The position numbers were made by a program, and so were the translations under genes. Below are positions 1 through 15,098 of a DNA stretch of 64,000 nucleotides, one piece after another. Positions within the stretch are counted from its first letter, which is position 1. Every line of letters begins with the position of its first letter. The notes under the pieces are model-generated. The model made no database searches. It saw nothing but the letters and a program-made list of their open reading frames with translations, and had not been told where the DNA came from. This stretch comes from Dictyostelium discoideum (Eukaryota), in contig CM000151.3 in the NCBI GenBank assembly GCA_000004695.1, positions 5,376,001-5,440,000 on the forward strand, read 5' to 3'.

Positions 1-1
1 A

Positions 2-3000
2 TCAAATAATAATCATCAAGATGATAGCGTAATTTCAATATTTGATATTTTAAATCCAACTACTAGTTCAACTTTTCAATCAAGATTTAAACAATTCCCT
101 GAAATTAATCAAATTTCAATTTTAAGAGGTTTATGTTTAACTGGTAATATATTTTCATCATTAACAAATTCAATTTATAATAATCAAAAGTAAGAGATAT
201 ATATATATATATATATATTTAATATTTTATAAAATATTTAAATATATATTAATTAATTAATTTATTATTTTTTTAAAATATATATAGTGAAAATATATTT
301 TTAAATTTAATTTATAAAGGTATTTCAGATTATTGTGGTGGTACAGTTGATCAACATAATAGATTTATATCATTAGAATATTTACATTTATGTATTTTAA
401 AGATTAAAGAATGGTTAAATAATTCAGAATCTAAAAATATTGAAAAGAAACAATTAATTAAAAGTGTTTTCCCAAGTTGTGAAAATTATGAAACATTTTT
501 CAATAGTTACTTTTTGATTGGTTTAGATATAGTTTGGAAGAATTGGGAATCATCAGTTCAAAATATTTCTGGTTTATCAAATGATATTTTCGATGAATTA
601 TTAATAATTCATTATAAATGTTGTGATGATATTAATAATAAATCGGGAAATAATCTTAAATCAAATTTATTTATAAATTCAATTACAACAAAATTAATTG
701 ATGAAGATTGGTATCAAAAAGTAATTATATAATATATTTACTTTTAAAATATTTTTATAATATATATATATATATATTAATAATTAATTATTATTTTTTT
801 TTTTAAAAAATTTTAGAATAAATATATTTTATTAAAATATGTTTTAGAAAAAGTTGGACCAATTTATATGATTGAATTAAGAGGTAATTTTTTGAAAAAT
901 ATATTTTCAGCAATGATTGATCATACAATTTGTAATTCTGTTAAAGTATTTTTAGAATTATTTATTGAAGAATTGAAAAAGGATTATTTATTAACAAATA
1001 AAGAAGAAGTGGGACCAACAACAACAACAACAACAACAACTAATCAAGAATTGAATAGAATTGAAAAATATTGGATTTATCCATTATTAGAAGTTTTAAC
1101 AGAAACTGATACAGTTACATCATCAAGAATTATAGTTTATGCATTACCAAGTTTATTAAAAGTTTTCCCAGAATCATTATTTAAAATTTTAAATATTTTA
1201 ATTAATCAAGGAGGTGGTGGTGTTGGTGGTGATGATGATGATCAAGATAATGAATTAAATAAATTTAGAAATATAAATTATAATATTAGAATTAGAATTT
1301 CATTAGCATTATTAAATTCATCGAGACAATTATCATTAATTGATGGTAGAGAATTACAATCTAAATATCATAGTATAATTGAAAAATCATTAGAGAATGA
1401 AGATGAATCTTTAAGATTATTAGGTTTAGAATTAATTTGTGTTAGTCCAAAACAAACAGAGAGAATAACAATTTGTGAATTGAATTTAATAAAGAATTTC
1501 ATTTTATTGAATTTAAAAGGTAATTCACCATTCATTAGAAATCAATCACTTTCAACACTTTATAGATTTTGGATTAGGTTAAGAGAGAGTTGTTGTAAAG
1601 TATTTAGAGCATCAACAAATACAAATATTAATATTGAAAAAGATGATCCAACATCTCAAGATCGTTATATCACCATTGAAGATTTAATTGAATACATTAA
1701 TTGGAGTTGTCAACTATTTGCATATAATCTCTACCCAGATGCACCCTTCTCAAGAAAAATGTTACCATTGGAAGCTTTTAGTGAATTTGTTGATATTTGG
1801 AGTTCAAAAGGTGGTCAAGAAAAGAAATCACTTCAAGAGTTTTTAATATACATTGAAGAGAAATCAGTTTTACTATATAGTAAAAGTTCAACTGATATTT
1901 TAATCAATAATCTTTGGGATAGTTATGATAGATGTAGAGAGTTGTCCACTGATATCTTGATGAAATTCCCATCACCATTGCCTGGTATGGAAAGTGATGA
2001 AAAAATAATTTCATTCCTTTTATGGGCTGTAAAATTAGCATGTTCACCAAAAGCTAGAGAATGTGATACTGGTGCATATGCATTAAAACTTTATTTAAAG
2101 AAATATGTGTTTGGTGCCGATGGATTAGTACCAATTTTCCACTCAAGTACAACAACACCAGTTACATTCACTAAAATTCAAGGTAATAATAGTAAAGCAG
2201 CATTTGAATTTATTACTCAAATCTTACGTATATTAAAATCACAAACTAAATTAGCATCAAAGGATCTTTTAGAAGCTGCTAAATTTGCACCAATGCATGG
2301 TTTAATCTTATCATTACGTTATATTATAAATGAAATTAATTTCCAAGAATTTGATAAAAATAAAGAAGAAAAGAAACAATGGAGAGTTTTATTAGCTGAA
2401 ATTATTGAATTAATGAAATCAATATCTTCAATTGTACTTAGAGTTGTTGCTGATTTAGCACCAGAAGGTAATAATCCAAATCAATTATTAAAAGTAAAAG
2501 ATAGTTTACCATCTTCATTACCATCTGGTGTAATTTATGATGATGATGAAAGATTAGCTTCAAATTTTTCATCAACATTAATGGTTGGTAATGATGATGA
2601 TAATAATAATAATAATATTGAAGAGGAAGATGAGGATGAAGGTAATGATGAAGATGAAAATGAAGATGAAACTGAAGAATTATCAGAAGATATTGGTAAA
2701 TCTGAACAAAATTTAAAAGGTGGTATTGGTCAAATTATTACAGTTTGTTCATGGCAATGTACAAAACAAATTAGTTTAATTTTAGGTACAATTTTAGATA
2801 AAGTTGAAATGCCAACAAGTGATGAAGATGATGAAGTTTGTATGATTACAACCAAACAAATTGAAGAGATTGGTCATCAATTCTTTACAATTTTACTTCA
2901 ATCAAGACATAAAGGTGCAATTGAAAAGACTTATCTTGGTTTTCAAGTACTTTGTGCAACTTTAATGAAATCTACAAATACTAAACTTTCAAGTTTACCA

Positions 3001-3839
3001 TCTACATGGATTGGTTTCCTATTTGAACGTGTTAAAGAACAATCATTACAAATCACAAGAAGATCCGCTGGTTTACCATTTGCTTTCATTGGTATTCTAA
3101 CTGGTGAATCAACTACAAATCAACGTGTTAATCATTTATTAAATCATGTAATGGATAATTTATTAAAATTAGCAAGTGGTTCCGATTTTGATGAAAATAT
3201 TAATAATACCGAAAATCAAGATGATCAATCAAATTTAAATTCTATTGAAAAAAATATTTATTTACCACAAGTTCATTCAATTAATATTTTAAAGAGTATA
3301 TTCCGTGCAAGAGCAATCATTCAAGAATTAGATCAATATCTCGCCGTTACTTTGATTTGTGTTATTAAAGCATTTTCATCAAAATCTTGGTCAGTTAGAA
3401 ATTCTGCGACAATGGCATTCAGTGTATTGGTTGATAGAATCATTGGTACAAAGAAATTGAAAGCAGATTCAACAATTATTAATACTACTACATTTTATCA
3501 TTTCTTTTCAAGAATGCCAATTGTTTATCCATTCCTTTTAGAATACTTTAAAAATTCATTACAATTCATTAAAGAAACTTCACCATTAGTTGAAGAGGGT
3601 AAAATTATTCAATCAACAGTTTACGCTATTTTAGTACTCTTTTCAAGATTACAACCATCAAATATTGATCATCCAAATGATTTATTAGCACCAGCTCAAT
3701 TTGTACCATTAATTTCACAATGTTGTCAATTTTCAAATTATATGGTTCGTCAAATTTCTGCACGTGCTTTAGTTCCATTAATTTCAACAATTGAATTAAT
3801 TCCTTTTATTAGAGATTTAATTAATAAATTAAATGAAAT

Positions 3840-3891
<52 letters not shown>

Positions 3892-4768
3892 GATAATCAA
3901 TCAAAATTAAATTATAATAAGATTCATGGTATTTTATTACAAATCTACCATTTATTAAAAGGTCATTTACCAACAATAAATCAAAAAGAAAGAGAAGTTT
4001 CAATTTCAATTGTTGTATCTGAATTTATTCCACAATTACAATGGATTCAAGATTCAAATTTACCACCATTAGGTTTCATTTATTTCTCAATTTTAAATGA
4101 ATTAGAAAAGAATACTCAAAATGGTCTTCCATTTGATTCAATAATTAATTCAATTATTAATTATTGTAAAAATCAATTATTATTAAATAGTAATAATTCA
4201 AATGCTACTGATAAATTTAATGAAAATTTGAAAAATTTACCAATGTTTTATACTTGGATTGAATCAGTATTACAATTTTATTTATTATCAATAAAGAAAC
4301 AAATTGAATCAACATGTACCTCTTCTTCTTCTTCAATATCATCATCAATGAAAAAACAAATTAATGATGAATTAATGAAATTATTCTCACATTCACTTTA
4401 TGAAATTAAAATAGTTACAATGAAATTCCTTTTAAAGAATCGTTCAATCGTTACAGAGGTTTTAGATCAACAAATACTTCAAACTTCAATTATTAAAGTT
4501 ATTTTAACTGATCCAAATTCAACATGTAGAAAGAAATCATTTAAACTTTTATCTTTCCTTTCATTACCACTTTCAATTGAATCTGTTGAACAACAACAAC
4601 AAACTAATACCTCTTCAAATATTATTGATTCCACAAATATTAATTTATATCAATTATTATGTAAAACCATTTGGGGTATTTCAAACTCAATGAAAAAAGA
4701 ATCAATTGTATTATTTGGTCATTATTTAAAACAATTTTATCAACAAAAAATTGATAATACACATAGTG

Positions 4769-4837
<69 letters not shown>

Positions 4838-5718
4838 TTAACGAACAAAAAGAAAAAGTTTTAAATAATTGGATTAAAATGGTTAAAGAATTATCAAATT
4901 CTGAACAACCATTAGAATTAAGACAAGCAATTTGTAAATCAATTGAAGCATGTAGTGATGTTATATTTAAAACCCAAGAACAAACTAAAAATGATAATTT
5001 ATTATCAATAGTTTCAATTGAATCTTGGCTTGCAGTTTCAACACTTTTAGAGGATGATGATCAATCAATTAGATCACAATGTTCAATTCTCTCTTCAAAG
5101 ATTTTATTCTTATCAAATAATCCAAATCATTCAACAATTGTTAAGGATAGTGAATTTGTTATTAAAGAATGTTCAAAATGTCTTGAACAAGTATTTGATT
5201 ATCTTTTATCACAATTTACAAATAATCATAATTATTTATTATTAAGATTTACTGAAATTTTAAAATTAAATTATGATTCATCATCATCATCAACAACAAC
5301 TATATTTGATCAAGATTTCCAAAATTCAAAAGTTTTATTTGATAAAGAAAAAGATAACTATTTTGAAGAACAATTAGTAAAGATTCAATTAATTAATTTT
5401 GAAATTCAAAAGATTCAATCATCATCTGAAAAGAAACATTTATTATTAAAAGTAATGAATTCTTTAGAGAAGTGTACTGCTTGGTTAAAGAATACTCGTG
5501 AATTAAATCAAACAAGTGTACTTAGTCATTGGTTAACTTTTAATCCAGAGATTTTCACTCTCTTCTATACCTATCTTGTGACTTGTCATTCACTATGTGA
5601 AAAAGGTCATGACTATTCATCATTTATCAATACAATTAAATCAAATTTATCCGAGATTCAACTTCATCCAATCTTATCAATGGCATTAAACACTTTAATT
5701 TCAAAATTAGAAAATTCA

Positions 5719-5756
<38 letters not shown>

Positions 5757-5793
5757 TACACCAAAAAATTATTATTTCTTAACTTCAAAATAA
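2..5793 (+). CDS. THADA / Trm732 family protein (DUF2428), 5'-truncated at the window edge. Exons 2..189, 288..720, 817..5793.
   Basis: The frame is open from base 2. Introns have a GTAAGA donor at 190 and an AG acceptor at 286-287, then a GTAATT donor at 721 and an AG acceptor at 815-816; phases are consistent (2, then 0). The 1641-aa last exon carries the conserved RRSAGLPFAF motif typical of THADA/Trm732, HEAT/ARM-like repeats, and poly-Q, poly-N and acidic inserts. Confidence 0.75.
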
Positions 5794-6118
5794 TTAAATA
5801 AATAAATAAATAAATAAATTACAAATATTCAAAATTTTTTAAATAATTAAATGGTTAATACTTTTTTTTTTTTTTTTATTATTATTATTTTTAATATTTA
5901 AATCAAAAAAAGATATGAGCGGATAGAATAAACAATTTTAAGGAATATAAATATTTCTTTGAATGTTCAAAATTTTTAAAAATTTATAATAAAAAAAAAA
6001 TAAAAAAATGAAAATTATTATTTTTGTTAATATTTTTTTTTTATTTTTTTTTTTTTCAATTTTTATTTCACCTCTTTGTATATAAAACCAAAAAAAAAAA
6101 AAAAAATAATAAAAGAGA

Positions 6119-6466
6119 ATGGCTAGAACAAAATGGAGATCTCCAGGTCATAAATATGCTAAAAAGGCAGAAGCCAGACTAAAAAAACAAGAAGAAGGTG
6201 AAGAAGTTGAAGAAGAAGTTGAAGAAGAAGGTGGTGCAAGTGACGAAAGTGGTGGAGAGAAAAAGAAAGTTGTAGTAAAAAAATCTAAAACACCAATTAC
6301 ATCATCATCATCATCATCATCATCGTCATCCACCAATGATAAATCATTTAATCTTTCAGATAAAAGAAAAATCTCATATAGTAACTTTAAAGGTTTGGAA
6401 CGTATTGATATCCGTGAATTTTTTGAAGATAAATCTGGTGAATTAAAACCAAGTTCAAAAGGTTAA

Positions 6467-6545
<79 letters not shown>

Positions 6546-6551
6546 TATAGA

Positions 6552-6591
<40 letters not shown>

Positions 6592-6860
6592 TTTTTTTTT
6601 TTTTTTTTTTATTGTTTAAATTATAATTTTTTATTTTATTTTTTTTTTTTTAAAAAAAATTTATTATTTTTTATTTCATTATCTTTCCGGATCTTTATTA
6701 TTTATTAATAAACATTTCAGACTATTTTTATATTAACATATTTTCTTTTTTTTTATTTTTTTATTTTTTTTTATTAGGTATTTCATTAACAAGAGAACAA
6801 TTTATGGTTATATTAGAAAATGGTGATACGATTAAAGATTGGATAAAAGAAAGTAAATAA
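6119..6860 (+). CDS. Transcriptional coactivator PC4/Sub1 homolog (p15). Exons 6119..6461, 6778..6860.
   Basis: There is an N-terminal basic/acidic region and a Ser tract. The C-terminal segment ...LERIDIREFFEDKSGELKPSSKG|ISLTREQFMVILENGDTIKDWIKESK matches the PC4 ssDNA-binding domain (human ...VSVRDFKGKVLIDIREYW..GEMKPGRKGISL...). The intron has a GTTAAT donor at 6462 and an AG acceptor at 6776-6777, phase 1, and restores the frame. Confidence 0.7.
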
Positions 6861-6935
6861 ACTATTAAAAATAAAAAAAATTCATTAAAAACCTTAATAT
6901 TAAACAAATAAAAAATACATGCAAAAAGATTTTTG

Positions 6936-6975
<40 letters not shown>

Positions 6976-7222
6976 AAAAATAATAATTTTCATTTTTTTA
7001 TTTTTTGACTTTTTATAATAATCACAAATCGGGTCTGTGTGTATGTTTTGTAAAAATTAATTTTTTTAATTTTTTTAATTTTTTTTTCTTTTTTTTTTTT
7101 TTTTTTTTTTTTTAACCCTGTCATTTTAAAAATTTTTTTTTTTTTTTTTTTATTTTTTTATTTAAAATAAAAAAATAAAAAAATTTTATACCCACAACAT
7201 AAATTTATTATATTTATTTAAA

Positions 7223-8123
7223 ATGAGTGGAATTTCAAAAGAGGGATATTTAGTTAGAAAAGCTACAACAAGTTGGAAAAAACAATATTTCATAATTCAA
7301 TCAAATTTATTATTAAGATATAAAACCAAACCTTCGGTAAGATATTTTTTTTGATTTTATTTTTTTTTTTTTTTTAATTTTTATTTTTTATTTTTTATTT
7401 TATTTTTTTTTTTTTATTATTTTTTTTATTAACACACATTTAAATTTCTAAAGAAAAAAGGTAAATTACCAAAAGAAACATTAGATTTAATTGGTACAGA
7501 TATACAAAGTAGTACAATAGCAAAATTTTGTATATCAATAAGAAATATAAATACAAATAAAACCATTTATTTATGTGGAAGTGATAATGATGACTATGAA
7601 TCTTGGATATTTATATTAAAAAAAGCTTTATCAAATTTTAACCAACAACAACAACAACAAAATGTAAATAAATCAAATTATTCAGCACAACTTTCTCAAC
7701 ATTCCCAACATTCTCAACCTTCTCTACCTTCTCAACCACCACCACCCTCATTACCACAACACCATTCAAATCCAGTTTTTCCAACTTCATATTATCAACC
7801 AACACAACCACAACAACAACAAATTAGCCCAACCTATTTTACACAAGTAAACTCCACCCAAACAAACGTAAATCCAATGGAATTTTATCAATATAAAACT
7901 CCTGCTGCTTTTACATCATCTCCAAACATATATACTATTCAACAATCACAACCTCGACAACCTCAACAATTCCAACCTCAACCACAACCACAACCACAAC
8001 CACAAACACAAACACAAACACAAACACAAACACAAACACAACCACAACCACAACCACAACTACAACTACAACCACAATATCATCAACAACAACAACAATA
8101 TCAACCACAACCACAATATCATC

Positions 8124-8180
<57 letters not shown>

Positions 8181-8380
8181 ATCAACCACCGTCATATAAT
8201 CAATCACAACCACAATATAATCAACAAATAGAACCTTCTTATCAAAATTCACAATACAAAAACTATACACAAATGATAACACCACAACAAGAGTTTCAAC
8301 CAATTTCTAAACCTCAATACTCACAATATTCCCATTATATATCACACTCTTCATCAATATCTTACCCAACACCAATGTAA
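7223..8380 (+). CDS. PH-domain protein with a Q/P-rich C-terminus. Exons 7223..7336, 7454..8380.
   Basis: The sequence MSGISKEGYLVRKATTSWKKQYFIIQSNLLLRYK...GKLPKETLDLIGTDIQ...IYLCGSDNDDYESWIFILKKAL has a pleckstrin-homology-like pattern (G-x-L-x-K, W-K-x-R-Y/F-F-x-L, then a C-terminal W). The intron has GTAAGA at 7337 and an AG acceptor at 7452-7453, phase 0. The downstream frame is continuous into supplied ORF 7877..8380, which has (PQ)n, (TQ)n and Q21 tracts. Confidence 0.65.
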
Positions 8381-9319
8381 TCTTAAAATCTTTTAAAACT
8401 TCAACAGGTAAATTTATTTAATTATGTATAAATAATTATTTTTAAAACCTGGAAAAAAAAAAAAAAAAATCAAAAAAAAAAAAAATAACAAAATAAAAAA
8501 TAATAATAATAGTAATAAAATAAAATAAAACTTGTATATTAAAAAATAAAATAAAAAAATTTTGACATGGGCTACCCAGATTTTTTGAATCCAAACCACA
8601 TATTATCGAATTTTTTTTTTTTTTTCCAATTTTTTTTTTTTTTTTTTTTTTTTTTTGGTGCAAACAAAAAGAGATATTTATTTATGTTGAGTGAGATTCC
8701 CATTGTGATTTGCTTTTTTTATAATAAAAAATTCAAAAAAAAAAAAAAAAAATATTCTAAAAAAAAAAAAAAAAAAAAATCAATTTTGTTGTGTTTTGTT
8801 TTTTTTTTTTTTATTATTGTTTTATTTTTTTATTTTTTTATTTTTTTTATTTTTTTTTTACAATTTAATAAATAATTTATTAATAATTGAATAATAACAT
8901 TGTTTTTTTTTTTTTTCACTTTTTTTTATTTCCATCATTTTATTTTTATTTTTTTTTATTTTTTTTTTTTTGTGGGTTGATAAGTTTTCAACGCGTGGAA
9001 AAAAAATATCAGGAAAAAGAAAAATATTTTCTAGCTTGAAAAAAAAAAAAATAAAAAAAATAAAAATTTGATAAAAAAAAAAAAAACAAAATCAAAATCA
9101 AAAGACAAACATCACTATAAAAATAAAATTATCAAAAAAAAAAAAATTTGATAAAAAATAAAAAAAACAACAAATTAAAAAGATATAAAAATAGATATAA
9201 AATAAAAATAAAATTATCAAAATAGCAAAATAAAACATAACAATAAAAAAAAAAAAAATTATAAAAAAGAATCAAAAATCAAAAATAAATAATATTGGTG
9301 TTTTGACATAAATTTTCCC

Positions 9320-9350
<31 letters not shown>

Positions 9351-9394
9351 TAAAGTTAAAATAAAATAAAATAAAATAAAACAAAACTAGAGAA

Positions 9395-10781
9395 ATGAGT
9401 AGTAATAGTTTTTCATCATCATCATCTTCATCATCATTTAAACATAAAACTCCAATCCGATCAAGAACAGAATCATTTCCAAATCCTTCATCATCATCCT
9501 CAATATTAAAGATTAATTTATTTGATACTGTTACAGGATATCTAGAAGATGATAAATCAATTTTGGATCAAATAGAGAATACTATAAATGGTTGTGATTC
9601 AACAACAACAACCTACCATCACCATAATCATACACTTCCACCTCTAATCATAAAATCACCAGATCTAAATAATAACAATAGTAGTAGTAGTAATAATAAT
9701 AATATAAATGAAAATGATGAAAGTGGTTGTATAAATAAAATTAAAATTAGTGATAATGGTGAACTTTCAAAAAAGAGTACAAAAATTACATTTAAAGAAG
9801 ATAATGATTTCGATTTTAAAACAATTGAAGTTTTAGAGAATTTAATGACAGATTTTGGTAAAACTTCATTAACTAGTAGTAATAATAGTAGTTGTAATAG
9901 TAGTAAACATAATAGTAGTTTAAATTTATCAACACCCAACACAACAACCAATACAACAACCAATACATCAACAGCAACATCAACGGCACTGAAAAAATCA
10001 CAGCAAGCAATAATAAATGATTCAAGTGATATAAATTCATTAATTAATGATATTGATTCTTATTTAGTTGATATTCAAGATGAATTAAAGAAACCTACAA
10101 CTGGAATTGAAAATGAGAAATTATTAATATCACCATTAATATCAGAACAAGAACAAGAAGAACAACAACAACAACAACAACAAGAAATATTATTATCAAC
10201 TATTGATGATTTAGTTTCATCTCATAAAAATGTTGATTTGCCACAAGATATCTTGGATATTATGTCATTTTCACCACCAAAATCAACACCATCTTCATCT
10301 TTTAAAATACCTCAATCAACTTCAATGACTGCTATAGCTACTGACCCCGCTGTTGTATCACCTAAAAAAACAAGTTCTTCTTTCATTTCACCATCTTCTT
10401 CTTCAATCCATAAAGATGACGATGATGATAATAATAATAATAACAATAATAATAATTATATTAACGATATCGATAAAAAATCAGTTGAACTTCCACCTGA
10501 AAAAGTAACACCAGGAGATTTACAACAATCTATTGATTCATTAGAAATATCACTTCAATTATTACAAAAGCCACTTGAAAAATTACAACAACAACCACAA
10601 CAACAACAACCACAACCACAACCACAACCACAACCACAACCACAACCACAACCACAACCACAACCACAACCACAACCACAACCACAACCACAACCACAAC
10701 CACAACCACAACCACAACCACAACCACAACAACAACCACAACAACAACCACAACAACCGCAACAACAACAAGAACAACCGC

Positions 10782-10866
<85 letters not shown>

Positions 10867-12022
10867 GCCACAACAACAACAACAACCACAACAAAATAAT
10901 TATTTGTCAATAAAAATTGTTAATAATCCATCGTTATCATCATTTTCAACTTTTGGTAAACTTACACCAAAACAAACACTTGAGAGAAATGATGTTGGAG
11001 AAAAAAATAATACAAATGAAGTTTTGGATACTAATTTTATTAAAAATTCTTTAAATTCAACACAAACTGGTGTATTGTTGGCACCATCTTTCAAAGCTAC
11101 AATGTCAGATTTTGGAAATAATAGAGTTGTTTCAAAAGATACAGAAACCGATGAAATAAAAGATGTTGTTGAAGCAAATAGTAAAAAGGAAGAATCTACC
11201 TCACAAGTTGTTCAAATTGAATTGGCTGCTAATAATAATAATAATGATAATAACAATAATACTAAAAGTGATAATGAAAATCAAATTGAAGAAAGTCAAA
11301 CAAATTTACAACCATTCAATGACGATAATGATGATAATAAAGGTGGCCATGATAATCAATTAAAATCGTCAAATGGTTCATCTTTTAGTAAAACTGAGCT
11401 TTCAACATTAATTGAAACCATTGAATCATTACCAACAATACCACAAACTGTAACAATACAACACACTAAAACAACATCATCATCACCAAAACAACAACAA
11501 TTAGGTTCACAACTTTCAATTAACACCTTAAAATCAATATCTCCACCAGTTCCCCCAAGAACCTATCTTCAACAACCACAACAACCACAACAACAGCAAA
11601 CTAAACCAATAACAATTTCTCCAATAAACACCAATAGCATTAATAATAATAATAATAATGGTTGTAGTGGTGAGCAACAACAACAACCAAATTCACCAAA
11701 ATGGGTATATGGTAGTTCAAGACATAGATTAAATGGATCAGGTTCATCATCGGTTAATAGTGATACATTAACAGATTCTAGTGATTCTTATTCAAGTGGA
11801 ATTAGTAGTTCACCATCATCATCATCATCATCTTCTTCTTCTACCATTTCAACAACTAATAATGAAAAACCAGTAAATGGTAAAATTAAATTAAGAAATC
11901 ATATTTGGAGAAGATCAAATATGGGTGATAATAATTTAACATCAAGTGGTAATCATCCAAGATCTTCAACTGATCCATCTTCATATATTTTTGGTACAAA
12001 TACTATTGTTTCATTAGATTCA

Positions 12023-12053
<31 letters not shown>

Positions 12054-12804
12054 GTTCAAATAACCAATCACCACCAGATTCAATAACAAATTCATCAAGT
12101 GTAAAACATAGGTCAACCTTTCCAGGTTCCTTACCTGATATTAATTCAATTACAAATACTAGTTGTGGAATAGCACAAAATATATCATCAGCACAACAAC
12201 AACAACAGCAACAACAAAGAAAAAATAGTATTCAAAGACAATTTTCACATATTATATCGGCACCAATTTTAACATCAACCATAGTTTTAGGATCACAACC
12301 AACTCCATCAAATTCAATTTTAATTTTCGATGAAAATGGTATGGAAAAATCAATTTTTAATATTGATAATCCAAAATCATTATTTAGAAGTACAAGTAAT
12401 CATGGTTTTGTTACAAATAATACAAATGCTACATTAAAGGAAAGAATTGATTTAGAAAATCCTGGAAAAGTTAAAAAAGTTAAAGAATTATTAAAAAATT
12501 ATAGAGAGAAAATCATTACTTTAATTAATAAAGTTTATAAAGATACTGAATCAGTATTGGATAGTAGAAAACAATTTTTAAAAAAATATGAAAAAAGAAT
12601 TAAAGAGTATATGGATAATCATCAATTTGAACTTTCAAAATTATATAGAGAATATTATTGTCAAAAAATTTTAACAAAAGAAATGGAAATTCAATTAAGT
12701 AGTGAAAGAATTGAATTTTTAAAATTAAAATTAATTGATATTGGTAATTTAATTAAACTTTTAGAAGATTATTTTTATGATGGTACAACTTCTTCAACTG
12801 TAAA

Positions 12805-12846
<42 letters not shown>

Positions 12847-14751
12847 TTCTTCTTCTTCAACAAATAGTAATAATAATAATAATAATTGTAATATTAATTC
12901 AAGTGGTCATATATCATTAACATTTGGTTCACCACCAATTTCAGGTTTATTAAATAGTTATAATAATAATTCACCAAATTCTTTACCATCATCACAACAA
13001 TTATTAACTCCAACTGCAATTTCAATACAAAAGAAAAACATCATAGTTTATTCTTCTTTCTTTTTAAAAACTGATACATTATTAAACAAAAATAATTATA
13101 TTTTAAATACTCGTAAAAGATTAAAAGTAAGTTTTATAATATATTAAATAATAATAATAACTAATAATTATAATAATAATAATAATAATAATAATTAATA
13201 TTTTTTTTTTTATTTTTTTATTTTTAGTACCTTTATGAAAATATTAAAAAGTTTAAATTGAATTATAAAATTTATTATTTAAATATTTATCAAATGGAGA
13301 ATATGGAAAAGAGAGAATCAAAATTAAAGAGTATGTTATCACGTGTAAAGAGAAGTAAAGAGATAACATTTTTATTACCATGGGATCAAAATCAAGATAT
13401 TCAAAGTGAATTCTCTGTGATGATGTGGGATACTAGATTTATAGAGGGTAGACAAATTAGACAATTAATTAATATCATATCTGAAGATTGTACAAACCAA
13501 AGAAAAATTAAACCAATTGATATTGAAGTATTTGTTGAAAAGTTTTGTGAACATTTAATATCAAATTACCATTTAGTTACAAAACCATCACCACCACCAC
13601 AATCAACTACTTCCACACCAACTCCAATTAATTCATCATCCTCAAATTCATCGTCATCATTATCGTCGTCGTCATCATCGTCGTCGTCCACACCAAATGA
13701 TTTCATTTCAAATCATAATTATAATGCAACTAAAAATGGTTTAACAAAATCACAATCTCAATTAAATATTCAATTACCACCACCACCACCATTAACCTAT
13801 GAAGAATTATTAACAAATTATCAAACTCAGTATACTCAAACTTTTGAAGCTTTATCTCAATTATTTAAAAGAAGTTTTTATTCAGAAATTTATCCATTAT
13901 TAAAGATTATACTAGCAAATGAAGTAGACAATAATGCAATTAAATTTGATCTAGATCTTCAAAGAAAAGTTGAACAATATAAAGGTCAAACATTAAAAGA
14001 ATTGAATATGCTTCCATCCAATTTCCCTGATGATTATGATTGGACATTCCTTTATGCAAATGGTAAAAATCCATTTGAAACTTCAATTTCAATTTTAAAT
14101 GATTTAGCTTTCCTTACTGCTCCAATTGATTTAGTTCATTGTATTCAACAATCTGTTAGCTCAATCTATACAACTTGTAATGAAATTTTAAATAATATCA
14201 CCTTTGGTACAAATTATCAAAAAGTTTTAGAAAATTCTTCTTTATTAAAATGCACAAGAGGTGGTGGTGGTGGTGGAAATGGTAGTAATAGAGATTTATT
14301 AGAAAAATCAGATTCAAATAATAATTCATCTTCTTCATTATCATATTCATCTTCAGAGAATAATTTATCAAATCAAATTAATAATAATAATAATATTAAC
14401 AATGATAATAATAATAATAATAATGACACTAATATTAATGATGGTGGTGGTCATCATGATACAATTTTAATTGGAATTCAATCACATCCTCAATTAATTC
14501 AACAAGTTCAACAAGCTCAAAAAGAACAAGTTAAAAAAGAAATTAATCGTACAATGCCATCACATTCATTAAGTGCTGATGATTTATTCCCAGTTTTTAT
14601 TTATGTTGTAATGAATAGTGATATTATTGGTCATTCTGGTTTACTTTCTGCAATAATTGAACATTTCTCAACTGAAATGGAAACAAGTGGTGAATTTGGT
14701 TGGTGTTCTGTTTCTTTCCAGGCTGCAATATCTCATCTTAAAAATTTGTAA
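9395..14751 (+). CDS. VPS9-domain protein (putative Rab5-family GEF) with a long S/N/Q/PQ-rich N-terminus. Exons 9395..13126, 13228..14751.
   Basis: Supplied ORF 9395..13147 ends just after a GTAAGT donor at 13127. An AG acceptor at 13226-13227 puts 13228 in frame with supplied ORF 13258..14751, whose reported M is a TTG. The C-terminus ...ADDLFPVFIYVVMNSDIIGHSGLLSAIIEHFSTEMETSGEFGWCSVSFQAAISHL matches the VPS9 core (consensus aDDfLPvlIYVvlkanpp.l.SnlqyI...GEegYyft.l.sA..fI). A coiled-coil region precedes it. Confidence 0.7.
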
Positions 14752-14944
14752 ATTATTTTTATTTTTAAAATTATTTTTTTTTTTTTTTTTTTTTTTTTTT
14801 TATTTCTTATAATAATAAATAAATAAATAAATAAATAAATTAAAAAATTATTTTATTGACAAAAAAAAATATAGATTGTTGAGAAAATTCTTAAAAAAAA
14901 TCCAGATATTTTTAAAAAAAATGGAAAAAATTTTTAAAAAAAAA

Positions 14945-14982
<38 letters not shown>

Positions 14983-15056
14983 TTTTGTGGTTTTTTAATA
15001 TTTTTTTTTTGTTTTTTTTTTTTTTTTTTAATTAACTTTACAAAAAGTTATGTGAG

Positions 15057-15088
<32 letters not shown>

Positions 15089-15098
15089 AAGAAATAAA

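Noticed and set aside
514-732. The 72-aa ORF presented as a standalone gene.
   Set aside because: It is the internal part of exon 2 (288..720) of the THADA-family gene. The frame is open from 289, and it splices to 817 in phase 0.
8414-8875. ORFs encoding poly-F/poly-K/poly-I, also 29348..29672, 41496..41762, 42970..43220, 46529..46723, 50147..50419, 52158..52352 and 56735..56944.
   Set aside because: They are translations of intergenic or intronic A/T homopolymers and AAT repeats. They have no coding composition and no start context.
10530-10913. Poly-V/poly-L minus-strand ORFs and the HN-repeat plus-frame ORF overlapping the (CAACCA)n/(CAA)n tract.
   Set aside because: They are alternative frames of a coding microsatellite that encodes PQ/Q repeats in the plus-strand VPS9 gene. 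The same applies to 7935..8303, 9628..9963, 45852..46326, 47020..48444, 53587..53898, 61200..61481, 15874..16299 and 22123..22401.
13258-14751. A separate 497-aa gene starting at 13258.
   Set aside because: The reported start is a TTG. A GTAAGT donor at 13127 and an AG acceptor at 13226-13227 place it in frame as the second exon of the 9395.. gene, and the VPS9 domain is only complete across both exons.
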